Assembly (NCBI RefSeq): GCF_001194135.2
Contig: NC_069002.1
Span: forward strand, 1,591,065 to 1,655,064
DNA: 64,000 nucleotides
DNA from: Octopus bimaculoides
Lineage: Eukaryota
Direction: 5' to 3'
The notes beneath the pieces are model-generated. The model did not search any database. It was not told the DNA's origin and was given only the letters and a program-made list of their open reading frames with translations. Numbering within the stretch: position 1 is the first letter of the stretch; each line of letters begins with the position of its first letter. This document shows positions 42,655 to 55,600 of this stretch, one piece after another. The position numbers were made by a program, and so were the translations under genes.

Positions 42655-42865
42655 TTTTCTACTCTAGGCACCAGGCCCGAATTTTTTGAGGAGGGGGGGG
42701 GGCAGTCGATTAGATCGACCCAAGAACGCAACTGGTACTTAATTTACCGACCCCGAAAGGATGAAAGGCAAAGTCGATCTCAGCGGAATTTGAACGCAGA
42801 ACGTAGCGACGAGCGAAATACCGCTAAGCATTTTGCCCGGCGCGCCCACGTTCCTGCTAGCTCAC
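42655..42865 (-). mobile_element. SINE family A copy (well preserved)
   Basis: Reverse complement of the family core including head gcaaaatgcttagcggtatttcg. Confidence 0.8.
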
Positions 42866-44516
42866 CGTGTAGGGTCTCTGTCCTTAATTTATGCGTGTTA
42901 ATGTACACAGACATATACAAGCATATGTCTGTGTACAACTTGCAAGAAATAGCAGTAAAATCACCCCCATCCCTCTGCAAACCACACCTTACCATCTTGG
43001 AAACAAAAGGAAGGGCACACGTTCAATAATATAATTCTNNNNNNNNNNNNNNNNNNNNNNNNNNNNNNNNNNNNNNNNNNNNNNNNNNNNNNNNNNNNNN
43101 NNNNNNNNNNNNNNNNNNNNNNNNNNNNNNNNNNNNNNNNNNNNNNNNNNNNNNNNNNNNNNNNNNNNNNNNNNNNNNNNNNNNNNNNNNNNNNNNNNNN
43201 NNNNNNNNNNNNNNNNNNNNNNNNNNNNNNNNNNNNNNNNNNNNNNNNNNNNNNNNNNNNNNNNNNNNNNNNNNNNNNNNNNNNNNNNNNNNNNNNNNNN
43301 NNNNNNNNNNNNNNNNNNNNNNNNNNNNNNNNNNNNNNNNNNNNNNNNNNNNNNNNNNNNNNNNNNNNNNNNNNNNNNNNNNNNNNNNNNNNNNNNNNNN
43401 NNNNNNNNNNNNNNNNNNNNNNNNNNNNNNNNNNNNNNNNNNNNNNNNNNNNNNNNNNNNNNNNNNNNNNNNNNNNNNNNNNNNNNNNNNNNNNNNNNNN
43501 NNNNNNNNNNNNNNNNNNNNNNNNNNNNNNNNNNNNNNNNNNNNNNNNNNNNNNNNNNNNNNNNNNNNNNNNNNNNNNNNNNNNNNNNNNNNNNNNNNNN
43601 NNNNNNNNNNNNNNNNNNNNNNNNNNNNNNNNNNNNNNNNNNNNNNNNNNNNNNNNNNNNNNNNNNNNNNNNNNNNNNNNNNNNNNNNNNNNNNNNNNNN
43701 NNNNNNNNNNNNNNNNNNNNNNNNNNNNNNNNNNNNNNNNNNNNNNNNNNNNNNNNNNNNNNNNNNNNNNNNNNNNNNNNNNNNNNNNNNNNNNNNNNNN
43801 NNNNNNNNNNNNNNNNNNNNNNNNNNNNNNNNNNNNNNNNNNNNNNNNNNNNNNNNNNNNNNNNNNNNNNNNNNNNNNNNNNNNNNNNNNNNNNNNNNNN
43901 NNNNNNNNNNNNNNNNNNNNNNNNNNNNNNNNNNNNNNNNNNNNNNNNNNNNNNNNNNNCAACAACATCGCTTTCGTTAATTTATAAAGCATCCGTAAAT
44001 GTGGGCGGGTGCGTGGTCTGCATAGGTATGTGTGAGTGTGCATATATATGCATTTGTGCGTGCGTGTGTGTCCATGTATATGTTTGTGAGTGCATGTGCA
44101 GATGTGTGTGCGTGTGTGTGTGCATAATGTACACATACATGTTTGTGTACGTAGTGTGCATATATGTTTGTGAGTGTGCGTGTGTGTATGTGTACGTATG
44201 TGTGTGTGTTTGCGTGCAAATATATAAATATGAGCGTTGTGTGCCTATGTGTATGTTTGTTTGTGTGTATGTGTGTGTATGTGTGCGTGAGTGTATAAAT
44301 ATGAGTGTTGTGCGCCCGTGTGTGTGTGTGTGTGTTTGGGCGTTGCCAAGAATTCCGCTCAGGCAGTGTGGAATTCCCCAAATATAAAGATATGATGGCA
44401 CCATTAACCGTTCTATTCGCAGAAAAAAACGCTAAATAAAAATATTAATAAGAATATGTTAGATCTGTAATTATACTAGCGCAGAGCAGCAGTGAGATTC
44501 GTCAGAGAATTATGTA

Positions 44517-44547
<31 letters not shown>

Positions 44548-44771
44548 ATGTATGTATGTATGTATATGTATGTATGTATGTTTGTATGTATGTTTGTATG
44601 TATGAGTGTATGTGTGTGCATGTATGTATGTTTGTATGTATGCATGTATGTATGTTTGCATGTTTGTATGTTTGTATGTATGTGCGTGCGTGTGTGTGTG
44701 TGTGTGTGTGTGCATTTATATTGGTTCGACGGAACTTTGCATATAACATAGAAACTATATTCTGAACTTAC

Positions 44772-44815
44772 CTGAAAAGCTGAAGTTTTCTAAAGTTATT
44801 ATTATTTTTTTTTGT
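44772..44815 (-). other. 3' part of a probable 5'UTR exon of the SPFH gene (runs into gap 44816-45536)
   Basis: Consensus donor CAG|GTAAGT at 44772/44771 on minus. The SPFH ATG exon has an acceptor (tttgcag|) at 40101 that needs an upstream exon. In-frame TAG upstream supports ATG 40086 as the start. Confidence 0.45.
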
Positions 44816-45642
44816 NNNNNNNNNNNNNNNNNNNNNNNNNNNNNNNNNNNNNNNNNNNNNNNNNNNNNNNNNNNNNNNNNNNNNNNNNNNNNNNNNNNNN
44901 NNNNNNNNNNNNNNNNNNNNNNNNNNNNNNNNNNNNNNNNNNNNNNNNNNNNNNNNNNNNNNNNNNNNNNNNNNNNNNNNNNNNNNNNNNNNNNNNNNNN
45001 NNNNNNNNNNNNNNNNNNNNNNNNNNNNNNNNNNNNNNNNNNNNNNNNNNNNNNNNNNNNNNNNNNNNNNNNNNNNNNNNNNNNNNNNNNNNNNNNNNNN
45101 NNNNNNNNNNNNNNNNNNNNNNNNNNNNNNNNNNNNNNNNNNNNNNNNNNNNNNNNNNNNNNNNNNNNNNNNNNNNNNNNNNNNNNNNNNNNNNNNNNNN
45201 NNNNNNNNNNNNNNNNNNNNNNNNNNNNNNNNNNNNNNNNNNNNNNNNNNNNNNNNNNNNNNNNNNNNNNNNNNNNNNNNNNNNNNNNNNNNNNNNNNNN
45301 NNNNNNNNNNNNNNNNNNNNNNNNNNNNNNNNNNNNNNNNNNNNNNNNNNNNNNNNNNNNNNNNNNNNNNNNNNNNNNNNNNNNNNNNNNNNNNNNNNNN
45401 NNNNNNNNNNNNNNNNNNNNNNNNNNNNNNNNNNNNNNNNNNNNNNNNNNNNNNNNNNNNNNNNNNNNNNNNNNNNNNNNNNNNNNNNNNNNNNNNNNNN
45501 NNNNNNNNNNNNNNNNNNNNNNNNNNNNNNNNNNNNCCCCTATTTTCAGTTTCGATCTTAATTACACGCACGTTCACGCACACGTACACATTAATGTGTA
45601 TGCGTGTGTGTGTAAGACACAAAGAAACAACGAGAAGCAAAC

Positions 45643-45675
<33 letters not shown>

Positions 45676-46756
45676 AGGAGGAGTAAAGAGAGAGCTGGCG
45701 AGAGCCACAGTGCGACGGAAGGAGAACTACAGATAGAGACAGACAGAGAGAGAGAGAGAGAGAGAGAATGGAGTGGGTGAGCAAGTTAAAGAGAGACAGA
45801 AAAAGTGAGCGGAGAGTGAGAGACAGTCAGACAAAGGGAGAGAGAAAGAAAGAGAGAGAGAAAGAAAGAGAGAGAGAAAGAAAGAGAGAGAGAAAAACCG
45901 ACCGTCACAGAGAGTGAGCTGCTCACACACACACACACACATGCACACACACTTGTAAGCCCACAGGCACACACCTGTGATAACTCACTCAGACACCTGT
46001 AAGCACAAACACACACACAGTGTCGACCGCAGCCAGAAAAGGGCCACAAAACCAATTGTCGTTAAGTCTATCCCTGATACGCCCCAGTTGTCTGCTCCAC
46101 AGAGGCATCGTTTCATTTGTGAGGGCGCATGGCCCAGTGGTTAAGGCGTTGCATTCACGATCACAAGATGGTGATTTCGATTACCAGAGCAGGCAGTGCA
46201 CTGTGTTCTTGGGCAAAACACTTCATTTCATGTTGCTCCAGTTCCTCAAGCTTTTAAATGAATTCCGGCCATAACCGGCAATTTGACCATCGAAGGAGTG
46301 TGTGTTGTAATCTCAGTCACGTATAAGCCATGGAAACCAGGTCCAACTCCAACCTTATGCATCCAAGGGATCATTAGAGACCTGAATCTAAGTCCTAAGC
46401 CAAGAATCATCTCGGCTCCAGAGGGTGCCTGGGTGGATTGGTTTAGCTTGTGTCACCCTCACCCGGGTACTCTGAGGAGCAGTGAAGAAGGAAACTGTTT
46501 CAAACGGGGCCGAACGAATGGTGCGAAATGTGAATGCATTCACATCCGATTCGTCTCTCCTATCATCGCTCGTGTTGAATCCAACCCCACCATGCCGCAC
46601 ACTGATCAATACACCGAATCCTCCCTCCCCAGAACCTTATCCCCCAGGAATTTCTTTCCGTAGTTGTTGACTTAAATTACAGAAGGGTTCATTAGATAAT
46701 GGGAGTCTCTGATACATTACTTGTTATGCGCTCATAAATTAGTTTGATAGCTGAGC

Positions 46757-46780
46757 TCTGATTGGCTGTATGCAAATGAG
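46757..46780. promoter_or_regulatory. CCAAT box adjacent to POU octamer
   Basis: tctgATTGGctgtATGCAAATgag: ATTGG at 46761-46765 and ATGCAAAT at 46770-46777, between the 5' ends of the SPFH gene and PRDM4. Confidence 0.4.
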
Positions 46781-48249
46781 TTAATAACTGGGGTCCGGAA
46801 CTCTCGTGGGAAATTGCCAGCGTTGTGTTAAAAGCCAACTCCATCGCAGGCATTGCTGCCAGGACGCAAAGTGCTGGAACATCTCGATTGAGCCTCTAAT
46901 AGTTCTACAAATATACAGCCCTGGATTATCTTCCTTTTTGTTATTTTATCGACCTTGATTTGATGAAAGGCAAAGTTGATCTCGGCGTGGTTTGAGCTCA
47001 GAACGCAAAGAACCGAGGCGGACGGTGTAGGCATCATTCCCAACCCTCTAACAGTTCCGCTGATTCACCATCCTGGGTTTGGTCTTCTTTTAATCGACAT
47101 ACACACACAAAAATGTTTAGCTGACGTTGCAGAGATTTGAACCCAGAGTTGAAACAAACGAGGCAAAGTATTCTCTCCAACGCTCTAACCACTCGACCAA
47201 TTCGCCGCCTCGAATAAAGCTCGACTACGCAACACGAAACTCGTAGAAGAGGATAGGTATTTCAACATTATTAATATTTCCTTAATATTATCCTCATCGT
47301 CGCTGCTCTACCGCTGCCGTCATCGTCCTACTTATCTCTGATCACCAGCTGTGGCTTTCGGTGGTGTTGTTGTTGTTGTTTATTTTTACTTCACTCATGT
47401 TGGTTGATCTCTTTATTTATGTTGTTATATACACGAACACGCGTCTACAAACGATGACAATAACAAATAAATAAATAAATTGCAGGCACACTTGCACACA
47501 CACACACACACACCAATTAAATACAAACATCTGCAGAAAACACATGCAGCATTCATGAATCCTCTCACACTTATCTATGTATCTATACAGTAATCCCTAG
47601 CCATATCGCGGTTCACCTATCGCGCACTCCATACATCGCGGATTTTTCTGGCTAATATATGTAATTTATATCGCGGGTGTCAGTGGCCTATAGGTATTTA
47701 TATTTTTTTAGATTTTAATTATTTCTGTGGGAAGCAAGTGAAATATAAATGAAATATATANNNNNNNNNNNNNNNNNNNNNNNNNNNNNNNNNNNNNNNN
47801 NNNNNNNNNNNNNNNNNNNNNNNNNNNNNNNNNNNNNNNNNNNNNNNNNNNNNNNNNNNNNNNNNNNNNNNNNNNNNNNNNNNNNNTATATATACATATA
47901 TACACAGAGAGGTATAGGTATGTGTGTATTGATAGAGAGATAGATTAGATAGATTAAACTAAATAGATCGATAGATTAGACATTAAATTGACAAATTGTT
48001 TAGACAGACAGACAAATATGAACTTTAATACTTCTTATAAGATGACAATGGGAAAACACTATGGAAATTTTGCACAAAAGCAAATCAGGAGATAGGAAAC
48101 CCGTCATAAACATGACAAAAAATGAAAAAAAGGACAATGCCGGGCTAATTAAAGATACAGTAACAAATAGTTGAAAAGCTAAGGAATTTTAGTGAATTAA
48201 AACATGATATGAAAGTAGTTAAGGAATGTGTAAAATATGTTAACAAAAA

Positions 48250-48455
48250 GGCTGAGAGCTGGCAGAAACGTTAACACGTCGAGCAAGATGCTTAGCGGTA
48301 CTTCGTCTGTCTTTATGCTCTGAGTTCAAATTTCGCCGAGGTCGATTTTGCCTTTCATGCTTCCAGGATCTATTAAATAAGTACCAGTTGCGTACTGAGG
48401 TCGATCTAACCGACTGGGCCCCTCCCCGAAAAATTTCGGGCCTTGTGCCTAGAGT
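48250..48455 (+). mobile_element. SINE family A copy
   Basis: Family core. Further copies lie at about 1889-2050, 21775-21880, 25330-25490, 33605-33700, 41810-41940, 46870-47060, 52110-52290 and 60900-61080. Confidence 0.78.
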
Positions 48456-49368
48456 AAGAGCGCAGCAAGGAACTCACGCACCCGGTTCCGGAGCCGTGTT
48501 GAGGACGTGGACGAAACTGAGGGCGGCTACTTTGTATAAACTGCTATTTCTCAGCCATAACCTGGTTGATATTTTCTGATTTTACTAAAATACCTTTTAT
48601 TTTTGCATGGCATATCGTGTTTTCTTTACCTTTGATGCAAACTGCAGAATTTAGCCTGAACACCCCAAGTGTCGGCGCAAAAATGGCTGCGTGATTTAGA
48701 AGTTTGCTTCGTAACCACATGGCTTCGGGTTCAGCTCCACTGCGCAGCACCTTGAGCAAGTGTCTTTTATAATAGCCACAGGACGATCAATGCTTTGTGA
48801 GTGAATGAGGTGGACGGAAACTGTGTAGAAGGCCGTCGCACGCGCGCACTTGTGTACCAGTGTGTGTGTGTGTGTGTCTCACCGTAGCCATCTAACTACT
48901 CGTGTTGGATTTCTTACGTCCCCGTAACTTAACAGTTCGACAACAGAGACCGATAGGACAAGTACTGGGGCCGTTCGTCCGGTTAAAACCGTTGAAGCTG
49001 GTGTAACCGCCATTCCTCCCTCCACCTCCACTCCGCCAGTATAACTGCAACCAAATAACTGAAACGAATAAAAGATTTAAAAACACAACAAAAAGGAGAC
49101 ATTTGTCTCGTTAGAAGTTTTATATTGTTGTCCATGAGAGGAAGTAGCTTTGTCAATGTGTTCCTTTGATATGAGGACTGTTCGTTGATATTGATGATGA
49201 TGATGATGACGACGACGACGACGACGACGACAATGGTGGCGTCGGCGGTAGTGGTGGTGGTGGTGGTGGAGTGCCATTGATTTTCGGCAACTGTGACCTT
49301 CCTTCTTGCACATATTTAACATAGCAACACTTAGAATGCAATCACTTCTCGTGTGTGTTATTATGAGC

Positions 49369-49422
<54 letters not shown>

Positions 49423-49705
49423 TGTGTGTAAGTGCTGTACTTTAATCATAGCTTTAATTGCAATTTAATTACGCCCATGTGTGTGTGTGTGTGTGTGTGT
49501 GTGTCATTGTGAGTAAATTCATAGAATTTTTGCGGAATACTCCCAATTTTACTTTGAACCACGTGATGGGCTTTCAAACAATAGCTGAGGTCACAAGCAG
49601 TACTTTTGAGAACTCGAATATCTTATCGGCGTTTTATTAGTCTATTGCTCGTGTCACCTTGTTCCGATTCAATAGGCACCTAATGTTCTCTCACTCCTTT
49701 TACAG

Positions 49706-49841
49706 GTTTCGTTGTTTTGATTTGATTTTGCTGTAACCCAGTGTGAGATTAAGGCTCTAGATACCGTGGACGGTTGTCATCTTTGAATCGCATTATGGGC
49801 GATTATGATTAGTGAAGAGGTGACACGAGACGAATCGATTT
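49706..49841 (+). other. Probable 5'UTR exon of PRDM4
   Basis: Pyrimidine tract plus ttttacag| acceptor and T|GTAAGT donor. If spliced to 52626, the main frame is closed by TAG TGA, so it is non-coding. Contains two upstream ATGs (49795, 49805). Confidence 0.55.
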
Positions 49842-50118
49842 GTAAGTTTTAACACAAGGCCATGCGAGAGTTATTCCTTGCTGAGGGCGCGGAGGCAAAG
49901 TGCATGAGACTGATGGCGCGGAGGTAAAGCGCATGGGACTGATGGTGCATGATGGAAGTCCTGTAACAAAAAGGGCTTCTTCATGCCTTGGAAAATAATT
50001 TATTTGTTATATTAATAGGAAAAGTGTTCATACAATACAATTAGTGGAAACACTCGGATGAAACAGCGTAATATGACACACGCAGAAAGTCTTTATTAGA
50101 ATTTTTACATATCAAATT

Positions 50119-50335
50119 CGAGGGTTTGCTTAAAAGTTCCTGGCTTTCAGTAAAGAAAACAGAGGAGGATCAGTTAATTATGATTTTATTCAATATGTTC
50201 CCTTCTCAGATCCGCACACTTATTTCTGCGGTCCTTCAGTTTTTCTAAGTCCTGTCGAAAACCTTGGAAGTTTGGGCCTCTGACAAGGCCTTTCGCAACA
50301 CCCTTAAAGCCAGGAACTTTTCAGCACCCTCTCGT
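50119..50335 (-). mobile_element. Mariner-derived MITE (~217 bp)
   Basis: Inverted termini cgagggtttgcttaaaagttcctggcttt / aaagccaggaacttttcagcaccctctcg. The internal minus-strand sequence resembles a mariner transposase C-terminus (..EKLKDRRNKCADLRREHIE-stop). Confidence 0.8.
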
Positions 50336-50369
50336 GGTGTATCTTCTTCGATCATTCCTGGTTGAATAT

Positions 50370-50620
50370 GCAACTGTGAAAATAGCTACTTGGAGGGTAT
50401 ACGCCAAACACGATTCGAGGCATTGTGAACTTTTGGCGCTCAATTTGGCTGCACTTGTAGGTGTCATCCACGGAAGATTCTATGTGGCAAAACGCGGGCA
50501 GATGACCGGCGCTTACTGGGAATTCAAGGGGTCGGTTGCAGGCCTCGATCACTATCAGGGGAGGTGGTTCAGAGATTTCCCGACCCTGTCGGGCTGGGGA
50601 AGACGGGCCTGCAGCTTTGC
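50370..50620 (+). mobile_element. Possible degenerate LINE apurinic-endonuclease N-terminal fragment
   Basis: GC-richer patch translating VKIATWRV..LNLAALVGVI, loosely like the KIATWNV..LDIVGIQE start of APE domains. Weak. Confidence 0.25.
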
Positions 50621-50798
50621 TTAGCTTACAAAATAAATATCTTAGGCATAAAAAATGAGAAAAGATGAGATATTAACATGTTATAAACTTGAAACCTACA
50701 AGAATAAAACTTGCTATGTGTATGAATGTAAGTATGATATGAGAATTTTAATGTGTGTGTATGTATGTATGTATGTATTATGTGTGTGTGTGTGTATG

Positions 50799-50884
<86 letters not shown>

Positions 50885-52635
50885 TATTTATACATAATCA
50901 TTTCTAGCCCACTCTCTCTATATGTACATTGCATGCAAATCACACAGACATATGTGTGTGTATGTATATACACCCCACGTTCGCAAGCGCGCATTTTTTT
51001 TTTTCCATATTTTTTTACTACATGTTGTTGTACACCTATTACACTATTTTTCCTTTGTTTTTTGTCTTGCTCGAGTCAGACCCTTTAGTTTGACCTAGTT
51101 CTGTTCTATCAAGGCCAAGCAAATATGACAAATCGTGACAAAAGTACGCAAATGCAAAAATCCGTATGGAATGTATATGTACAGTGAACTAGTTTGGCCT
51201 TACACCGTCGGTAACAAAGGACAATGTTTCGATTCCAGGCTACACGACAACGTCACTAGTTTCCCCACCACTACCTCCGATCTTACTGTGGTTATGATTA
51301 TTGTTATTTCTAGTTTATTATTTAATGATGATATATTCAATTACTTTTTAAAGATGTTTAATTAGTTATTCATGTTGTTGGTGTTTTTGTCCTGTTCCCC
51401 GATCGAGCAGACTTACGGATCAAACGCATTCAAGCTGTCATCAACTCGTCTTCTTTTCTGTTTTTATTTTTTTTATTTAAGCGTATGTATATCTTGGACA
51501 TTTTCCTATTTGTAATTTTCTTTATTTGATTTTAGACATTAATTTTGCACGTTCTCGGATAAAGTAAAGAGAATGATCGCGTAAAAGTTCCCTCTAATTA
51601 ATAACGGAGCAGAACTATGAGAAAATCCGTTCCAGCCATGCCACCCTAGTCTTTTTTTAGCTGCAGTATATTCGGGACCTAATTATTCGATGAGTTCTTC
51701 CCCCTTGGTTTTATGACTATAATATACAACAAAAGGGATTTGACTGTTATCTCTAGTATGTAAAACGACGACAGAGACTTTTCTGTTTGGTCTTTTGCGT
51801 GATGGTGCTGTTAGTACAGTCTTATGGTTAAAGACATTCCACCTGTGACCGATCCATTTATTTAGCAGTGTAGTTGTGGTTGAGGTAGTGGGGGCCGCGT
51901 ATATAGGAGTCCACTTTCACTTTGTCAATCTGAAAATAGTTTCGTTTCGTTTGATAACCGGTCGTTTGGAGCTAAACAAAACAAAACACGCACTCACACA
52001 TTCTATTTCCACACACGCACATACATTCTATATTCATTCTCACACACGAATTAACAGTTCATTTTCTATTCATGAAACTGCTACAGCTATTGTCATTTCC
52101 TTCGACGAAGATAGCAGAGTCACTGGTGCGTCGGACAAAATGCTTAGCGGTATTTTTTTCCAGCTCTTTACACGCGGAGCTCAAATCCCGCCGAGGTTTG
52201 CTCTTCAGTATTTCGGGATTGATAAAATAAGGCACTAGTTAAGCACTGAGGTCAATTCAGCTGACCAACCCTGCTCGTCTACGAAATTGCTTATTTCATT
52301 CGGTGGCTCCGACCTGGGAACAATAATTAGTATTAATTATACTTTCTTTTATCTAATTAGAAGAGGCTCTGAAGAAAAAACAAACAAACAAAAAACGGGC
52401 AAACGAACACCCCCCCCCCNNNNNNNNNNAAACGGGCAAACGAACCCCCCCCCCCCATCTAACCAAATATAGGCGCCTATATCAGGCAACATGGAGATAT
52501 GCCTGTTAAGCAAATTTCTTCTCCAAATCCCAGCAGAGATGTCCGATGTCTGTATGATTATCAAACTCAATGACTATGGATTTATTCCTTCCTCTCTTTT
52601 CTTTCCTGTGTTTTTGTTTTCCCAGTGAAACAGCA

Positions 52636-55600
52636 ATGATGAGTTCCTCAGCAATGGCAGAAAGTTTCACCCTGCCCGTCAACGTTGACCAGCTGACCTG
52701 TGTTGTGGACTCAATGGTCGAGGTTTCATCTGATGCTGGTTCTGCTGCACCTCCTTTACCAAATGTGAACCATCTGGCTTCCAGCCCGGCTCTGTCGACC
52801 GTTGCAGACGTCATGGCTTGCGGCAACACTGCTGCTGATAACCAAACTGTCACAGACACTTGTCTACCTCATATTCTACAGACACAGGCTTCTGGCTGTA
52901 AGTTGGTGTTGTCGTTGAATCATCTATGTCACCACCACCACCACCACAGCACTATATACTATACACTATACTACAACTGCTACTACCATATTAACACCAT
53001 GATACAACCACACACCACTACTACAGCTGCTGCTACAGGCTCAGCCTCCATGACCACCACAATCACCACCACCACCACCACTATTACCACTACAATGCCA
53101 CATGCAAATACCACCCCACCACCACTGAGACACCCACAAACACCACCACACATGCACACACTACTACTGCACCCATACCACCACCATTACCATCACACTA
53201 TACACTATTGCTACATCACCACAAAACTACCACTACCTCCACCTCCCTACCACAAAAGCTTTTATAGTTGCTCTGTCACCAACTAGCGTCTGACCGTTGA
53301 CCATTCTTCTACTTGCAGTGTTATCCAGCACAAACAATGTTCCGTCTCTTCACATCCCTGTGTCCCTAACAGGACACTCCATCTCCATGTTGCCACTGAT
53401 GCTCTCCCTAAACCTACCTCATCGACCCCTTATCTCTGCCATCGACAAAGGTTCAATCAGCAGGGCTTCCATCCATACAGGTGACTACTTGCCTTTTGTT
53501 TTTTTGCTCCATTTTATTAGTCTAGGCCAGCAGTTCTCAGCTGGGGTCCATATGACCGTTAGGGATCAATATGGCCCTTAGGGGTCAATATAATCCTGAG
53601 GGAGTCCATATGGCCCCAGAGGGTCAACATGAGATTTTGTTAAAATTTATCTGTAATAAATTGCTTACATTTCTACTATACAGAATATTTTAATTTTTTC
53701 AATACAATTAATTATAATTATGATTATAAAGATAATTATAAAAAATAATTTTTAAAATAATTATGATCATAAAAATAATTATAGTTATAAAAATAATTTT
53801 TAATTATAATTATAAAAATTGCGTTTTATGAGAAGCATAAATATAAACAAACATGCACACACACACACACACACACACATCTTTATAGATAAGCTTTATA
53901 TTCTGTTATATAAATGTGCATTGTCTATATTTTCAGCTCCTACACCAATCCCGTTTCCATCAGTAATGGCGCCTGGCATCCAGAGGGAAGCTGGGAGTTG
54001 TTCCACTGTTCAAGACTTAAACATGCTCAATTGCATTCAGGCAGAGTCCTGTGACAACCATCAGCATCATAACAACAACAACAACACCACCACCACCACC
54101 ATAGAAACTCTGGAATCTTACCCATCACCCGCCACTGGTCCCCAACCAATGGAAGAAGCCAGCTGTGACCCAAACCATGTTAACAGACTCATCACCACAA
54201 ACATGCACAGCACTCTGCAGAATCCAGTGCTCGTCACTTCCAACCTGTCCAATCTCTCCGACCTTCGTCTCGGGATGGGAATCACCTCACAGAACGATAA
54301 CTTCCCCACTCATTCCCCTTCCATGCCTGATGTACAGTTGCCTCCGCTTTTGCAGGCTGCTAACCAATTTAGTCAAAAACATGTAGAACACCAGAAATCC
54401 GGTGCTGCCATGAGTGCAGCACCTTGCATCATGCAACATAATGGTTCAGCCCTTGAACTAACAAATGGTTCCGCTGCAGAAATTGCAGCGTCCATATCCG
54501 GTGCCAACCTTCAATCAATCTTAGATGCTTCACTTCATCAGCAACACCAACAACTCCAGGAACACTGTAATGATGAAGTAGCCAATTCTTTGAATTCTAT
54601 TGGAATGGTTACCAACAAGTCATGTGACGGAAATGCTGCAGCTTCTCTTTTAGACATCAACAACATGTCAGGTATTCGAAACTTGTCTTCTACAGTTTTT
54701 GTTCTATTTTCGTTTTTGTTGTTTTTTTTCTTTAAAGTCTGGGATTTATTCTATCAATCTTATTTGCTAAACTGCTGAGTCATGGGGAAGCAAACAAGGG
54801 GGGACTGGTGGTCAGATACACAGACACACACATGCACACAGATATACACACAAACACACACACATACGTACATACACACACTGAAATACACAGTCATTCA
54901 CACAAAGATACACACGCACACTCACAAACACACACACACAGACAGACATAAAGACATCCCCGACACACACACACACATAGACATACACACACACACACAC
55001 ACACACATATGATGTGCTTCCACACAGTTTCTGTCTACCAAATCCATTCCAAGGCTTTGGTCAGTCCAACCAAAATTCTCAGCCAAAGAAAGCTAGGTTG
55101 ACTTTCTAGACCCAGACGACAATGGTGGGGCAAAATTCCATTTGAAATGCAGTAGGATTTGTGATGACAATGACCAATGTCTGAATGTTTACTCCACATG
55201 TTACGTTATATATTTTGACCTTTCACTTCATTGTATTTTGACCTTTCACTTCATTGTATTTTGACCTTTCTCTCCATTGTATTTTGACCTCCATTGTGAG
55301 GTGAGGAGTTGGCAGAACTGTTTGTATGATGGTTGAAATGCTTAGTGGTATTGCATCTGTCTTCGTGTTCTGAGTTCAAATCCCACTGAGGTTGCTTTTG
55401 CCTTTCAGCCTTTCGGGGTTGATAAAATAAGTACCAGTTGGTTACTGGGGTCAATATAATTGACTTAGCCCTACCCCCACCGAAATTGCTGGCCTTGTGC
55501 CAAAACTTGAAATTGACGAATGGATGGAGTTTGCTTCCCACCACCACCAACCACCACCACCGCCATAAACCCCTACTTCATTCCTGCAGTCCTTTCTAAC

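Noticed and set aside
44352-44385. GAATTCC..GGAATTC hairpin containing CAGTGT as an iron-responsive element
   Set aside because: The bases flanking CAGTGT do not form the required 5-bp upper stem.
52898-53286. His/Thr-rich continuation of ORF 52570-53286
   Set aside because: A consensus donor T|GTAAGT at 52897 is in phase with exon 53937, and the remainder is intronic (CAC/TAC)n repeat. The part upstream of 52626 is the polypyrimidine tract.
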